Positions 43,382 through 53,561 of a DNA stretch of 63,334 bases are shown piece after piece. Source of the DNA: Acutalibacteraceae bacterium (lineage in GTDB: Bacteria; Bacillota; Clostridia; Oscillospirales; Acutalibacteraceae). Position 1 is the stretch's first letter. Every line of letters starts with the position of its first letter. Under the pieces are notes generated by a model that worked only from the letters and a program-made list of their open reading frames with translations, was not told the DNA's origin and searched no databases. The position numbers and the translations under genes were made by a program. The DNA is taken from positions 1 to 63,334 of the forward strand of contig JAZOVO010000094.1 in the NCBI GenBank assembly GCA_045658745.1, in the 5' to 3' direction.

Positions 43382-44155
43382 ATGAACTACACATTTGACT
43401 TTGAAAATAAGGGCATACTTATCACCGGCGCCGCAAGCGGTATCGGACTTGAGGCAACAAGGGCTTTTTTACAGAATAAAGCCACGGTTTTTATGGCTGA
43501 TTACAACGAAAAAAATCTTACCGAAAAGGCAGATGAGCTTAAAAAGGATTTCCCCGACGGTGAAATTTTTACCTTTGTCTGTGACATCACCGATAAAGAG
43601 GCAAGGGCAAGGCTGATAAGTGACATAAAGGCGACGGGCAGGGATGTTGACGTGCTTCTCAATAACGCGGGAATGTCCCATTCCGCCTACAGCATTTACG
43701 AAAAGCAGGAGGACTGGGAAAGGGTTATTTCCCTTAACCTTACGGCACAGTTTTTTATGGCTCAGGCGGTTGCAAATGAGTTCTTTATTCCGAAAAAGAG
43801 CGGTAAAATTGTCAACACCTGCTCCTTAAGCGGTATTATGGGCATCCCCTCGGCGGTTGCCTACAGTGCAAGTAAGGGCGGTGTGATGCAGATGACAAAG
43901 AGCCTTGCCTGCGAGTGGGCGCGCTTCGGAATAACCGTCAACAGTGTCTGCCCCGGATTTGTGGAAACACCGCTGATTGCCGATAACCTTTCAAACGAAA
44001 AGTGGATGGGATATATGACCATGCGTACACCTATGCGCCGCCTTGCAAAGCCCGATGACGTTGCAGGCTCAATTCTCTTTTTTGCTTCACATATGGCGGA
44101 TTATATTACGGGTGCAAGCGTAGTTATTGACGGAGGATTTTCAAGTGGCTCATGA
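43382..44155 (+). CDS. Short-chain dehydrogenase/reductase (FabG-like)
   Basis: 257 aa. TGAASGIG cofactor motif and YSASKGG catalytic motif. Confidence 0.85.
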   Translation: MNYTFDFENKGILITGAASGIGLEATRAFLQNKATVFMADYNEKNLTEKADELKKDFPDGEIFTFVCDITDKEARARLISDIKATGRDVDVLLNNAGMSHSAYSIYEKQEDWERVISLNLTAQFFMAQAVANEFFIPKKSGKIVNTCSLSGIMGIPSAVAYSASKGGVMQMTKSLACEWARFGITVNSVCPGFVETPLIADNLSNEKWMGYMTMRTPMRRLAKPDDVAGSILFFASHMADYITGASVVIDGGFSSGS

Positions 44156-45515
44156 GTTAAAGAACAAGCTGCAGTCGGCGGCTCTTGACGTGGTGGACAA
44201 AATCACGGGCAAGGAAAGGAAGAAGAACATTATCTTCTACTTTACCGACCAGCAGCGCTACGATACGGCTAATAATGACATTATGCCAAACCTTTCTGCA
44301 CTTGCCGGGGAGGGTGTGACCTATACGGACTGCTATACCTGTCAGCCCGTATGCGGGCCTGCGAGAGCCTGCCTGCAGTCGGGTGTTTATGCAACACAGA
44401 CCGGGTGCTACAAAAACAATATTTCTCTGCCCCGTACGATCACACCCCTTGCAGAATACTTCAACCGTGAGGGCTATGATACGGCATATATCGGCAAGTG
44501 GCACCTTGCCTCGGATAAGAGCTTCAACTGTGAAAAGACCGCCATTCCCCGTGAGAGGCTCGGCGGCTACAGATATTTCCGCGGTGCGGATGTGCTTGAA
44601 TTCACGTCCCACGGCTATGACGGCTATGTTTTTGACGAGGACGGCAACCGCATTGATTTTACGGGCTACCGTGCCGACAGAATAAATGATTTTGCTCTTG
44701 AATATATCGACAATGCGCCAAAGGGTAAGCCCTTTTTTATGTTTGTTTCCCAGCTTGAGCCTCACCATCAGAATGACAGAGGACACTTTGAGGGCTACAG
44801 AGAAACGGTGAGCGATTTCAGAGGGCGTCCCGTTCCCGAGGAGCTCAGACACTTCAAGGGTAACTACTACGAGGAATATGCCGACTATCTTTCGGCAATC
44901 AACCGTATAGACTATAACCTCGGAAGGCTCGTTGACAAGCTCAAGGAAAAGGGCATTTACGAGGAAACGGTGATTATTTTCACAAGTGACCACGGCTGTC
45001 ATTTCAAGACGAGGAATATGGAGTACAAGCGCTCCTGCCACGACAGCAGCATACACGTTCCCCTTGTGATAAGGGGCGGTGATTTCCGCGGCGGTAAGAG
45101 TGACAACCGTCTTGTCAGCCTTATTGACCTGCCCGCGACCCTGCTTTCAATAGCGGATATTGACATTCCCGATTATTTCAGCGGTTATGACCTTGATGAC
45201 GACTGGGAGAGGGAATGTGTATACATACAGATAAGTGAGAGTCAATGCGGAAGGGCAATCCGCACAAGGGAGTACAAGTATTCTGTGAGCGCTCCGACCT
45301 ATGCCCTCGGTATGACGGTGCCGAAGAGTCCCGTTTATGTTGAGGAATACCTTTACTCACTTGAGGATGACCCGATGGAGCTTCACAATCTTATCAGGGA
45401 CCCGAGCTACAGGATTGTGAGAAACAAGCTTAAAAAAATGCTGCTTGATGAAATGGAGAGAGCGGGTGAGGGTAAGGCGGTGATTCTGCCCGCACCGATA
45501 GTGAGGAGTAAATAA
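44127..45515 (+). CDS. Sulfatase (Cys-type formylglycine motif)
   Basis: 462 aa. CGPAR (C-x-P-x-R) within CQPVCGPARACLQSG, plus IIFTSDHG. The start is uncertain (it overlaps the SDR stop by 29 nt). Confidence 0.8.
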   Translation: MTEDFQVAHELKNKLQSAALDVVDKITGKERKKNIIFYFTDQQRYDTANNDIMPNLSALAGEGVTYTDCYTCQPVCGPARACLQSGVYATQTGCYKNNISLPRTITPLAEYFNREGYDTAYIGKWHLASDKSFNCEKTAIPRERLGGYRYFRGADVLEFTSHGYDGYVFDEDGNRIDFTGYRADRINDFALEYIDNAPKGKPFFMFVSQLEPHHQNDRGHFEGYRETVSDFRGRPVPEELRHFKGNYYEEYADYLSAINRIDYNLGRLVDKLKEKGIYEETVIIFTSDHGCHFKTRNMEYKRSCHDSSIHVPLVIRGGDFRGGKSDNRLVSLIDLPATLLSIADIDIPDYFSGYDLDDDWERECVYIQISESQCGRAIRTREYKYSVSAPTYALGMTVPKSPVYVEEYLYSLEDDPMELHNLIRDPSYRIVRNKLKKMLLDEMERAGEGKAVILPAPIVRSK

Positions 45516-45519
45516 AAAG

Positions 45520-45569
45520 AAAAGTTCTTTGGTTCTTTCTTACAAGAAAGAACGCCCCGCGGCGAGCGA
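45520..45569 (+). repeat. SPE-A copy
   Basis: Starts 5 nt after the sulfatase stop, sense orientation. Hairpin GGTTCTTTCTT/AAGAAAGAAC. Confidence 0.85.
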
Positions 45570-45678
45570 TAAAAAAATTTGATTATATAAAAACAAAGCC
45601 AACACTGAGTTTTCCGTGTTGGCTTGTTTGTTGTTATATCTGATAATTGTTAAGAGCAAGAGGGCTCTGCCCTCTGCT

Positions 45679-45789
45679 CTCTTGCGGTTCCCAAAATCGC
45701 CTATCGGCTTGTAGCGCCGAGCGATTTTGACCGCTACGCCATCCTCGCCTCGCTGCATCGTCCACAGGACGCGCTTTGGCGACGATGCC
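45679..45789 (-). repeat. Family-B element, copy 3
   Basis: Same order as copy 1 on the minus strand. The inner hairpin is CGTCC-TGTG-GACG instead of CCGCC-AGTG-GCGG (compensatory). Confidence 0.8.
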
Positions 45790-45790
45790 C

Positions 45791-45822
45791 GCAAGCTTTT
45801 GTAAAAGCTTGACCAAAACTTT
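45791..45822 (-). repeat. SPE-H copy
   Basis: Ends 14 nt from the stop of GPH paralogue 45837-47999, sense to it. Confidence 0.85.
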
Positions 45823-45836
45823 TCTTGTTTTATTCC

Positions 45837-47999
45837 TTACGCTTTAGCCATAGCTAACTGTTCAAGCTCATCAAGGCAGGAATAATGCTCTGCCTGCTTA
45901 AGCAGAAGCTCTGCCTCGGTATAGGGCTTTGTTGCCCTTTCGTAAACGGAAACAGCCTTTGCATAAGCACGAAGCTCTTTTCTCACCTGCATGCTCTCAG
46001 AGAAGGTAGAGGTTTTTCTGTCCTGAAGCTCGGTTTTTATGCTCTCGTCGGGAAGGCGGATGCTGTCAATGCCGTATTTTTCAATAAGGCGTGAGGCCTG
46101 CTTCTTGTGCCTTGCAAGGTTGATTGCATCGCTTCGGATTTCCTTTTCCTCTGCTGTCTTTTTGGGAAGTGCCTTTGCTCTTGCCATTTCCTCTGCGGCA
46201 TCGGTGTAGTTGTGAAGCTTGCCGTTAAGGAGTGTTTTTTCAGCCTCGGCAATACGGACAAGACCTGCCTTTGTGGTGAACTTGTTAAGCTCGTCAATGA
46301 TAACGCCTGACCTTTCAAGGGCAAGGTTGGTTTCCCTTACAGCCTTGAATTCTGCCTTTGCCCTTGCAATTGCGGTACGGCGGCTTGCCTTTTCCTCGTC
46401 GGTTTTCTTCGGAAGCTTCTTCGCTTCCCTGATTTTGCTTTTATCAAGGGGCTGAGGCTGCTTTCCGTTAAGCTCCCTTGCACGGGTGATGATGCTCATT
46501 GCCTCAACAAGCTCGCTGTCCTCAAGCTTGTTTACGGAGTGGTTGATGAACATTGCACGGATTTTAAGTACCTCAACATAGCCCTTGTGCTTGTTTTCCG
46601 TAAGGTTGTAGAAGAAGAAGGGAAGAAGGTTAAGCACCGCGCCTATTGCCGACCAGAAGATAAGTGCCTCGAAAAGGTTGTTTCTGATAGCGTCATCGTA
46701 AAGTACGGAGTAGTCACGCTTAAGTCCCATACTCTCGTAAATGAAGGGATAGAACATACCCGTGAACAGACCGATAACCGTACCTATCATACCGAGAGGG
46801 CCGAAAAGTCCGTCAACACGTACGCCCGTTTTCCATTGGTGATAGTCTCTCATATCGGCGCTGATGTTGTGCTGGACGATGTTCCAGAAGGTGCTTATAA
46901 AGGTGTTGATATAAGTAAGAAGACAGATAAGCCAGATGTTTTTGTAAACAAAGTAAAGGCCGACGATGACAAAAACATTCACACTGTTTATAAGAAGAAG
47001 CACGTTCCTTTTGCCCATTGCCTTGATTGCAAAGGGACAGACCATCATTGACCAGAGGGCGGCATTACCTATAACAAGGCTCGCGACACCCTCGGGCGCA
47101 CCCGCATATTTTCCGTCGAAGCCGTAGTTGAAGCTCCAGGTGAGGATTACGCCGTAGCCCGATTCAAGGAAAACTATCCAGTTTGCGGCCTGTATCATCC
47201 AGTAGTACTTGTTTTTTGCAACCTCACGGATTGCATCAAGCATTCTTACGGGCTCGGGCTTTACACGGGGGAGGACAAGCCTTTCCTTACACTTACGGAA
47301 AAAGACAAGGCTCATAACAAGACCGATTATAGTAAAGCAGGGGTAAATAACACGGTAGGTCCAGATATTATCACGTCCCCAGGTCATACCTGCAAGAGCG
47401 GGAAGGGCGGCATTTGTGATTGTGGGCGCAAGGGAATAGACAATCTGCGAAATGCTCATTACATTGGAGCGCTCCTGCGAATCGGGGGTGATAATCTGCT
47501 GAAAGTAGTTGTAGCTTTCGGTGTAAAAGCTCATTGCAATGCTTATTGCAAGGTACATCACCTCAACCACAACGGCCTTTGTTATATAGTCCATTCTTTC
47601 ATAGGGAAGCCACACAAAGAGTGTTGAAAGAAGGAAAATAGGCAGGGCGGATTTCTGTATGAAGGGCAGGAACTTACCGCCCTTTAAATTGTGGTTATCA
47701 TAGTACCAGCTTCGGAAAATACCGATGGGTATACCGATGATGTTTGCAACGTTGAGCATAATCTGAAGGTGCATAGGCTCAAGACCGATGCTCGGACCTA
47801 CAATGTAGTTTGTCGCACTCAGACCGATGCTTGAGGCAAGCACGGTCAGCCAATGCACGCCGAAGCCTGCACCGCTTAAAAATGCTATCTCCTTGTAGGA
47901 AACATAGTTGCCCTCGGCGGGCTGCTTCCAGTATTTTTTTGCCGTTTCAAAGGCGGATTTTGCCTTGTCCTTTAATCCGGGACGGGTTGTTTTCTCCAT
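45837..47999 (-). CDS. GPH-like symporter with ~250-aa charged C-terminal tail (paralogue of 21944-24325)
   Basis: 720 aa. Same N-terminal architecture, the same VLKIRAMF junction motif, then a Lys/Glu/Ala-rich tail. Immediately downstream of the GH gene on the same strand. Confidence 0.75.
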   Translation of the reverse strand: MEKTTRPGLKDKAKSAFETAKKYWKQPAEGNYVSYKEIAFLSGAGFGVHWLTVLASSIGLSATNYIVGPSIGLEPMHLQIMLNVANIIGIPIGIFRSWYYDNHNLKGGKFLPFIQKSALPIFLLSTLFVWLPYERMDYITKAVVVEVMYLAISIAMSFYTESYNYFQQIITPDSQERSNVMSISQIVYSLAPTITNAALPALAGMTWGRDNIWTYRVIYPCFTIIGLVMSLVFFRKCKERLVLPRVKPEPVRMLDAIREVAKNKYYWMIQAANWIVFLESGYGVILTWSFNYGFDGKYAGAPEGVASLVIGNAALWSMMVCPFAIKAMGKRNVLLLINSVNVFVIVGLYFVYKNIWLICLLTYINTFISTFWNIVQHNISADMRDYHQWKTGVRVDGLFGPLGMIGTVIGLFTGMFYPFIYESMGLKRDYSVLYDDAIRNNLFEALIFWSAIGAVLNLLPFFFYNLTENKHKGYVEVLKIRAMFINHSVNKLEDSELVEAMSIITRARELNGKQPQPLDKSKIREAKKLPKKTDEEKASRRTAIARAKAEFKAVRETNLALERSGVIIDELNKFTTKAGLVRIAEAEKTLLNGKLHNYTDAAEEMARAKALPKKTAEEKEIRSDAINLARHKKQASRLIEKYGIDSIRLPDESIKTELQDRKTSTFSESMQVRKELRAYAKAVSVYERATKPYTEAELLLKQAEHYSCLDELEQLAMAKA

Positions 48000-48016
48000 T
48001 TTTAAAATTCCCCTTT

Positions 48017-50455
48017 TTATTTGTTTACTGTCACGCTTTCAATTCTCGGTGCGAAGGTTTCGTTTCCGTTGAAGCGGATATTGCCGCTGCTTGAAAGCCT
48101 TACGGTGTTTTCACCCTCGTTAAGTTTGAGGTTAAAGGTGAGGGTCTTGTAGTTGTAAAGGCTGTAGGTGTTGCGGCAGAAGATATCTTGACTGTCACCG
48201 TTAGCACTTACTGTCAGAAGTGCTTCAATAAGGTCAACGTTGTAGGCGTGATAGCCGCCCTCAAGGTTGTTTGCATAGTTGAGAGTTACACGGTAGGTGC
48301 CGCTTTCGGGAGCGTTTACGGTGAATTCTGCGCTTCCGCCCTCGCTTGAAATGCCGTCGATGAAGCTTGTGCCGTATTTGTCAGCTTCAAGGCTTGCCTT
48401 ACCGCTAAGCTCCATCTGTGAAGCTGTGATTTTTTCGCTGAAGCCCTTTGTGCCGTCTGTGAAAATTCCGAAATCGGCGTTGCCGTCGGTTTCGATTTCG
48501 TTAAGACCTCTTCTTAAGTAAATACCTGCACCGTCTGTAAGCTCATATTCCGCGCCGTCAATTTCTGCATTGAAGTCATTTGCGCAGGAAGCTGTGTAGA
48601 AGCCGTCATAGGGTGCAACTGCAAGGAATTTATTTTCACCGTCGGGAAGAAGGCTGATTTTTTCCTTTTCCTCGTGAAGGCTCATTATTGCGCTGTCAAG
48701 CACAAAGGTGCCGTCACCGTGGCTGAAGGTGATTTCGTGTATTCCGCAGGAAAGCTCGAGCTGCATTTCGTAGCAGTCGGTGTATTCGCTCTTGATTGTG
48801 TTGGGGAAGTAAAGGGTCTGCTCTTTTCCGTCAAGGGTGAATTTAACCGTAGCGTAATCTCTGCCGTCCCTTGTGCCGCTGTCGTTGTGCTTGCCGAAAA
48901 TCACCTTGAAATCATAGGTGCCTGCCGTTTTTGCAAAAACGTTTATTTTAACTCCGTCACCCTCGTTTTCAAAGCCGCCGCACATACCCTCGGTTTCACC
49001 TGTTGTTGCATAGGCGCTGTCGTAGGTGTAGGCGTTGCCGAGGAGCCTGCCGTCCTCAAATTCGTATCTTACGGGGATATTGTCATTCTTTACGGTGGGA
49101 GCATTTTTATCGGCGGGGGATACTGTGATGAAGTATATCGCATCGGTGTCCGTGCCGGGAATGTTGATGTTGAGTGAGCCGAGGGAGGCAGAAGCGTTGT
49201 ACTGCCTTAAAAGGGTTGTTGAGGAAACAATGCCTGTAAGTCCCTGATAGTAAACGCATTCAATTTTAACGTTAACCTTTTTGCCGATGTTGGTTTCATC
49301 AAGATTATTGATTTTAACCGCGCGCTTGTTTTCACTGCCGGAAACAATCATATTGATTTCTTTCTTATCGTCTGAAAGGGAGGCAATGCCGTCAAGTCTT
49401 TCGCGGTAGTTGTATTTATCCTGAGAGCTGCTTGTTGCTTCGAGAAGATTACCGTCCATTTCGGCGTATTTTCTGTAAAGCCACCAGTTTGAGTTGGGTG
49501 AGTTGTCGTCTGCGGCGGTGTCGTTAAGGTTGTTTGCGAGACGCCAGTATGCCATATTTCCGTAAACACCGCTCTTTTCCATAGCGATAATATAATGGAG
49601 CATGGTTGTGGGGTTGCCGCAATCCTCCATTGTGCCGTACTCTGTTACGATGATGGGAAGGTCTGAAACACCGTATAAATCCTCTATACGTCTGTAGTCC
49701 TCAACGTGCATATGCCAGTCAGGAATTGACCACCAGGCAAGCTCGTGGTAAATCATAATTTCGGGCACGCAGTCATTTTCGGCGCAGTATTTCATAAAGC
49801 CTTCAATTTTTGTTGTTTCATAATCGCAGAAGCCGGGGCCGCCGATAACTGCATCGGGGTCAAGTGACTTTACATAATCGTAGGTCATTTTCCAAGCCTC
49901 GTAAAAATTAGCTTTACCCATATCGTCATAATGAACATTGCCGTCAACGTAGTTGCCGAACCACACAGCGTTGTCACACTCGTTGTAAATGCAGTAAACA
50001 AGCTTGTCCTTGTAGGGAGCGTTCTTCAGAAGCTCAATCTTTTCCTTTACAAGAGGGAAGTAGCTTTCGTAAAGGAACTCTTTCCAGTCGTATGTACCGT
50101 TTTTGCGCATTTCCATAATTTCATCGTGGCAGTAGTACCAGGTGCTGTAAGCATCCTGAAGGTAAACCACGGTGTAGTCGCACTCCTCAAGCTGAGGTGC
50201 AACGTGGCTGATATCACCTGTGGGATGCTGAAGTCCGTCGGGTACCTTCTGTGAAACGGAAGCGATGTCGAGACTTTCCGTCATTGCCTTTGAGGGAACG
50301 CCCTCCTCGGAAAGGCCGTAAAGGAAGCCCGTCGCTCTTGTTGTAACGGGGGAGAGCTGCTTTGAGGCGTCAACGTGGAGTGTGGGCACCCACACGAGGG
50401 GAATTGCCTCAAGCATAAGGATGATTGAGATAATAAAGGACATAAGCTGATTCAT
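48017..50455 (-). CDS. Secreted glycoside hydrolase-like protein (clan GH-A-like catalytic domain + two CBM6/35-like modules)
   Basis: 812 aa with a signal peptide. Candidate catalytic residues in IYNECDN and IVTEYG. Two beta-sandwich modules with the CBM6/35-like pattern (YEFEDG...GTYDFKVIFG; ...GTYRVTLNYAN). Confidence 0.55.
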   Translation of the reverse strand: MNQLMSFIISIILMLEAIPLVWVPTLHVDASKQLSPVTTRATGFLYGLSEEGVPSKAMTESLDIASVSQKVPDGLQHPTGDISHVAPQLEECDYTVVYLQDAYSTWYYCHDEIMEMRKNGTYDWKEFLYESYFPLVKEKIELLKNAPYKDKLVYCIYNECDNAVWFGNYVDGNVHYDDMGKANFYEAWKMTYDYVKSLDPDAVIGGPGFCDYETTKIEGFMKYCAENDCVPEIMIYHELAWWSIPDWHMHVEDYRRIEDLYGVSDLPIIVTEYGTMEDCGNPTTMLHYIIAMEKSGVYGNMAYWRLANNLNDTAADDNSPNSNWWLYRKYAEMDGNLLEATSSSQDKYNYRERLDGIASLSDDKKEINMIVSGSENKRAVKINNLDETNIGKKVNVKIECVYYQGLTGIVSSTTLLRQYNASASLGSLNINIPGTDTDAIYFITVSPADKNAPTVKNDNIPVRYEFEDGRLLGNAYTYDSAYATTGETEGMCGGFENEGDGVKINVFAKTAGTYDFKVIFGKHNDSGTRDGRDYATVKFTLDGKEQTLYFPNTIKSEYTDCYEMQLELSCGIHEITFSHGDGTFVLDSAIMSLHEEKEKISLLPDGENKFLAVAPYDGFYTASCANDFNAEIDGAEYELTDGAGIYLRRGLNEIETDGNADFGIFTDGTKGFSEKITASQMELSGKASLEADKYGTSFIDGISSEGGSAEFTVNAPESGTYRVTLNYANNLEGGYHAYNVDLIEALLTVSANGDSQDIFCRNTYSLYNYKTLTFNLKLNEGENTVRLSSSGNIRFNGNETFAPRIESVTVNK

Positions 50456-50488
50456 AATTTTTCTCCTTTGGCTTTATGGTATTTATGT

Positions 50489-51352
50489 TTAAAGGGTGAT
50501 AAGCTCGTATTCCTTACTGCCGATTCCAAGCTCTTCGGCGGCATCAATTGTATGTGCGCCGTTACGGCTTTCTATTCTCTTAATAAGGTGAGCCTTACCG
50601 GGGTCGTCGCTTTTGTAGACGAGGTCAAGACAAGCCTTGTCAATTGCAACGGGATCAAGGGAAATGAGCATTCCGATATCCTTCATGCAGGGGTCCTCGG
50701 CAATGGCACAGCAGTCGCAGTCAACGGACATATTTTTCATCACGTTGATATAAACGGCGTTGCCCTTAAAATAGTCAACAACGCTTTTTGCCGCGTCAGC
50801 CATTGACTCAAGGAAGCTGTCGTGGTCAGCCGTCCAGATTTTTTCAACCTCACCCGCGCCGTGGATGTATGCCTTGCCGTGGGAGGATGCCATACCTATT
50901 GAAAGCTGCTTGAGCGCGCCGCCGTAGCCGCCCATAGGGTGACCCTTGAAATGAGAAAGCACAAGCAGAGAGTCATATTTTGCGGTGTTTTTTCCGACGA
51001 AGTTCTTTTGGATTCTCTTACCCTCGGGGACGGGGAGTATCATATCCTCACCCTCGCCGTCAAGAAGGTCAAAGGGGAAAAGCTCACTCCAGCCGTGCTC
51101 CTTTATTGTTTTTAGGTGCTTTTCGGTGGTGTTTCTCGTTCCCTCGTAGGCGGTATTGGTTTCTGTCACCGTGCCGCCGACATAGTCGATAAGCGCCTTC
51201 CAGAAGTCGGGCCTGAGAAAATTCTGGTTGCCCGTTTCACCGCTGTGTACCTTGACGGCAACCTTGCCCGTAAGCTCCTTACCGAGAGCCTTGTAAAGCC
51301 TGAGGACGCTTCCCTTTTCGCAGTCGGGAATGAAGTAGACTGTGGGTTTCAT
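50489..51352 (-). CDS. DUF362 domain protein
   Basis: 287 aa. N-terminal VAVKVHSGE and C-terminal Cys pattern VDCDCCAI resemble DUF362 proteins. Confidence 0.55.
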   Translation of the reverse strand: MKPTVYFIPDCEKGSVLRLYKALGKELTGKVAVKVHSGETGNQNFLRPDFWKALIDYVGGTVTETNTAYEGTRNTTEKHLKTIKEHGWSELFPFDLLDGEGEDMILPVPEGKRIQKNFVGKNTAKYDSLLVLSHFKGHPMGGYGGALKQLSIGMASSHGKAYIHGAGEVEKIWTADHDSFLESMADAAKSVVDYFKGNAVYINVMKNMSVDCDCCAIAEDPCMKDIGMLISLDPVAIDKACLDLVYKSDDPGKAHLIKRIESRNGAHTIDAAEELGIGSKEYELITL

Positions 51353-51375
51353 AGAGTTTCTCCTTTATAAAAAAA

Positions 51376-51861
51376 TCAGGGGGATTGATACCATTCAAGC
51401 TCGGATGCCGGAATGATAATATAGTTATTTTCACCGTCACCTGTACGGAGTATGACATTTCTGATGCCTGCCTGAATAATGTTTCTTGCACAAACGGGGC
51501 AGGGCTTTGCTTTATGTATTGTGTTATCGGGATTGACACCTGCAAGGTAAAGGTCTGCTCCTATTGTCTGTGCTCTTGAACAGTTTAAAAGGGCGTTCAT
51601 TTCCGCGTGAATTGCACGGCAGATGCCGTAGCCCTCGCCCTGATGCATATTGCGCTCGATGCGGGGACAGGTGTTCAAATCGCAACAGTTGGAAAAGCCT
51701 CTCGGTGAGCCGTTATAGCCTGTTGAAATAACGACATCATCTTTAACTATCACTGCTCCGTATTTTCTTTTCAGGCATGTGCTTCTGTAAGCGAATGTTT
51801 CGGCACAGTTTAAATATGTATCTGTTTTGGAGATTCGTTTCCCTTTTTCGGGTATGACCAT
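51376..51861 (-). CDS. comEB: dCMP deaminase (ComEB-type cytidine/deoxycytidylate deaminase)
   Basis: 161 aa. Zinc motifs HAEMNA and PCPVCA, with a ComEB-like insert between them. Confidence 0.8.
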   Translation of the reverse strand: MVIPEKGKRISKTDTYLNCAETFAYRSTCLKRKYGAVIVKDDVVISTGYNGSPRGFSNCCDLNTCPRIERNMHQGEGYGICRAIHAEMNALLNCSRAQTIGADLYLAGVNPDNTIHKAKPCPVCARNIIQAGIRNVILRTGDGENNYIIIPASELEWYQSP

Positions 51862-51912
51862 TTTAATTCCTCGTTTCTTGCCCGTTTTTTTCTCTCTCGG
51901 GACAGAGTTGCG

Positions 51913-52005
51913 GTAGGGACACGGCTTGCCGTGTCCGAAAAGGGTTGCAGCTTTTTATATGTTGCTGTTGATTTGTTGAGCGGACACGGCAAGCCGTGTC
52001 CCTAC
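51913..52005. repeat. Perfect 25-bp inverted pair of the GTAG/CTAC-flanked GGACACGGCAAGCCGTGTCC hairpin
   Basis: 51913-51937 is GTAGGGACACGGCTTGCCGTGTCCG. 51981-52005 is its exact reverse complement. The same hairpin occurs at 27849 and 37274. Confidence 0.85.
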
Positions 52006-52147
52006 TGACCCCTTAATTTTTAAGTGCACTAAGGGTACAACAACATTATACCACACCCGATACAGAAAAGTAAACAAAAAGAGAGTCGTTTCTGACTCTC
52101 TCAACTGTTTTTTTCTTTATTATAACAACCCTCTTCAAGGGATAAGC

Positions 52148-52249
52148 TTACTGCTCCTCTTCGGGCTCTGTATTGTCATCTTTCTTGAATAAGGAAATGA
52201 GGTTCATAATGAAATCAACCAAAGCTTTAAAAAAATCTGTGAAGCTCAT
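52148..52249 (-). CDS. Small amphipathic peptide (33 aa)
   Basis: MSFTDFFKALVDFIMNLISLFKKDDNTEPEEEQ. RBS GGAGG 9 nt upstream. Not in the ORF track. Confidence 0.45.
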   Translation of the reverse strand: MSFTDFFKALVDFIMNLISLFKKDDNTEPEEEQ

Positions 52250-52430
52250 TAACTATTCCTCCTATCTGCTTTCTGTTTGTATAGAAAGTATACAATAATT
52301 ATATGAGGATGTCAATATTTTGTTTAAAGTTTTTTCATTTTTTTAAAAATAATCCTGTAAAAACACGTGTCATAATGCTGATTTGGCAAAATGGCACGTG
52401 TAATCGGTAAATAAATTATTAACTTATATG

Positions 52431-53561
52431 TCAGCCTGTGATTTCCGCCTCGGAGTTCTCGGTGTCAGAAGCCTCTGCGGGGTTTTCGATAACCTCCTCG
52501 GCCTCCTCGGGCTTGTCATTTTTCCTTTTGCGGAACAGATTTTTCCAGCTATCCTTCTGCTGCTCATCCTCGTCAACGGGGTTGACAACAACGGGGCGGG
52601 GGAGGAAGTGGTCGCTTTCGGGGACATAAAGCTCAACGGCGCGCTCAAGCACATTTATTCTTACCTCGCGGTGCTTGCCGCCGAATTCACCGTCTATTGT
52701 CCAGGGGACATCCTCCTCGAGGGCGGTGAACTTGATTTTGTTTGTGCTGAACATAATAACCTGCTTGCCGTCATATTTCTGATATATTGTTTTATACATC
52801 AGTGAAAGGATGTTAAGGGGAGTGCAGTCCTTTACAAGGATAACCTCGAACTTACCGTCGTTGAATTTTACCTGACCGTCGGGGAGCTTGATGAAGCCGC
52901 CTACGGAGAGAGAGTTGGACACAGTACCGAAAACAAACTTGCCTTCAATTACGCCGCCGTCATATTCAACGCGCATTTTTATATTGTGTACGTTCCTGAG
53001 GTCGGCAACACCTGCGGTGATATAAGCGGCTCTGCCGAAAATATTTTTCATTTTCTGGCTTGTCACATAGGAGGCGGCTGAAAATGCACCGAAGGAAGCA
53101 ACGTAGGAGTAGTATCTGTTATTGAAAAGACCTATATCGTAATCGTTGGGCTCACCGTTTCTGATAAGCTCGGTTGCCTTTCTGAAATCCGTGGGGATTG
53201 AAAGGGAGCTTGCAATATCGTTGGTCGTGCCCGCGGGGATGTAGCCTATGGGAGCACGGCGGGGCATATCCATAACGCCGTTGATGGTCTCGTTGAGCGT
53301 GCCGTCGCCGCCGCTGCAGATTACAAGGTCGTGGTCACCGAGCTCGTTTTTTACAATATTTGTAGCGTCTCCGCTGCAGGTGGTCTCCCTTACGGTGAAT
53401 TCAAGACCGCTGCCCTCGAAGCTTTCAACAATCTCCTCGGTGCTTGCACGGGAGCTGTTTTTACCTGAGCAGGGGTTGAAAATCAGTAACGCCTTCTTTT
53501 TGTTATCCATAAATATATCCGCGGTCCGTGAGAGGACCTTTCCTTTCGGGTTTTCTGTCAT
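52431..53561 (-). CDS. Diacylglycerol/lipid kinase family protein (DAGK catalytic domain) with acidic C-terminal tail
   Basis: 376 aa from ATG 53561 (RBS AAGGTG). LIFNPCSGK and CSGGDGTLNE motifs. Confidence 0.8.
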   Translation of the reverse strand: MTENPKGKVLSRTADIFMDNKKKALLIFNPCSGKNSSRASTEEIVESFEGSGLEFTVRETTCSGDATNIVKNELGDHDLVICSGGDGTLNETINGVMDMPRRAPIGYIPAGTTNDIASSLSIPTDFRKATELIRNGEPNDYDIGLFNNRYYSYVASFGAFSAASYVTSQKMKNIFGRAAYITAGVADLRNVHNIKMRVEYDGGVIEGKFVFGTVSNSLSVGGFIKLPDGQVKFNDGKFEVILVKDCTPLNILSLMYKTIYQKYDGKQVIMFSTNKIKFTALEEDVPWTIDGEFGGKHREVRINVLERAVELYVPESDHFLPRPVVVNPVDEDEQQKDSWKNLFRKRKNDKPEEAEEVIENPAEASDTENSEAEITG

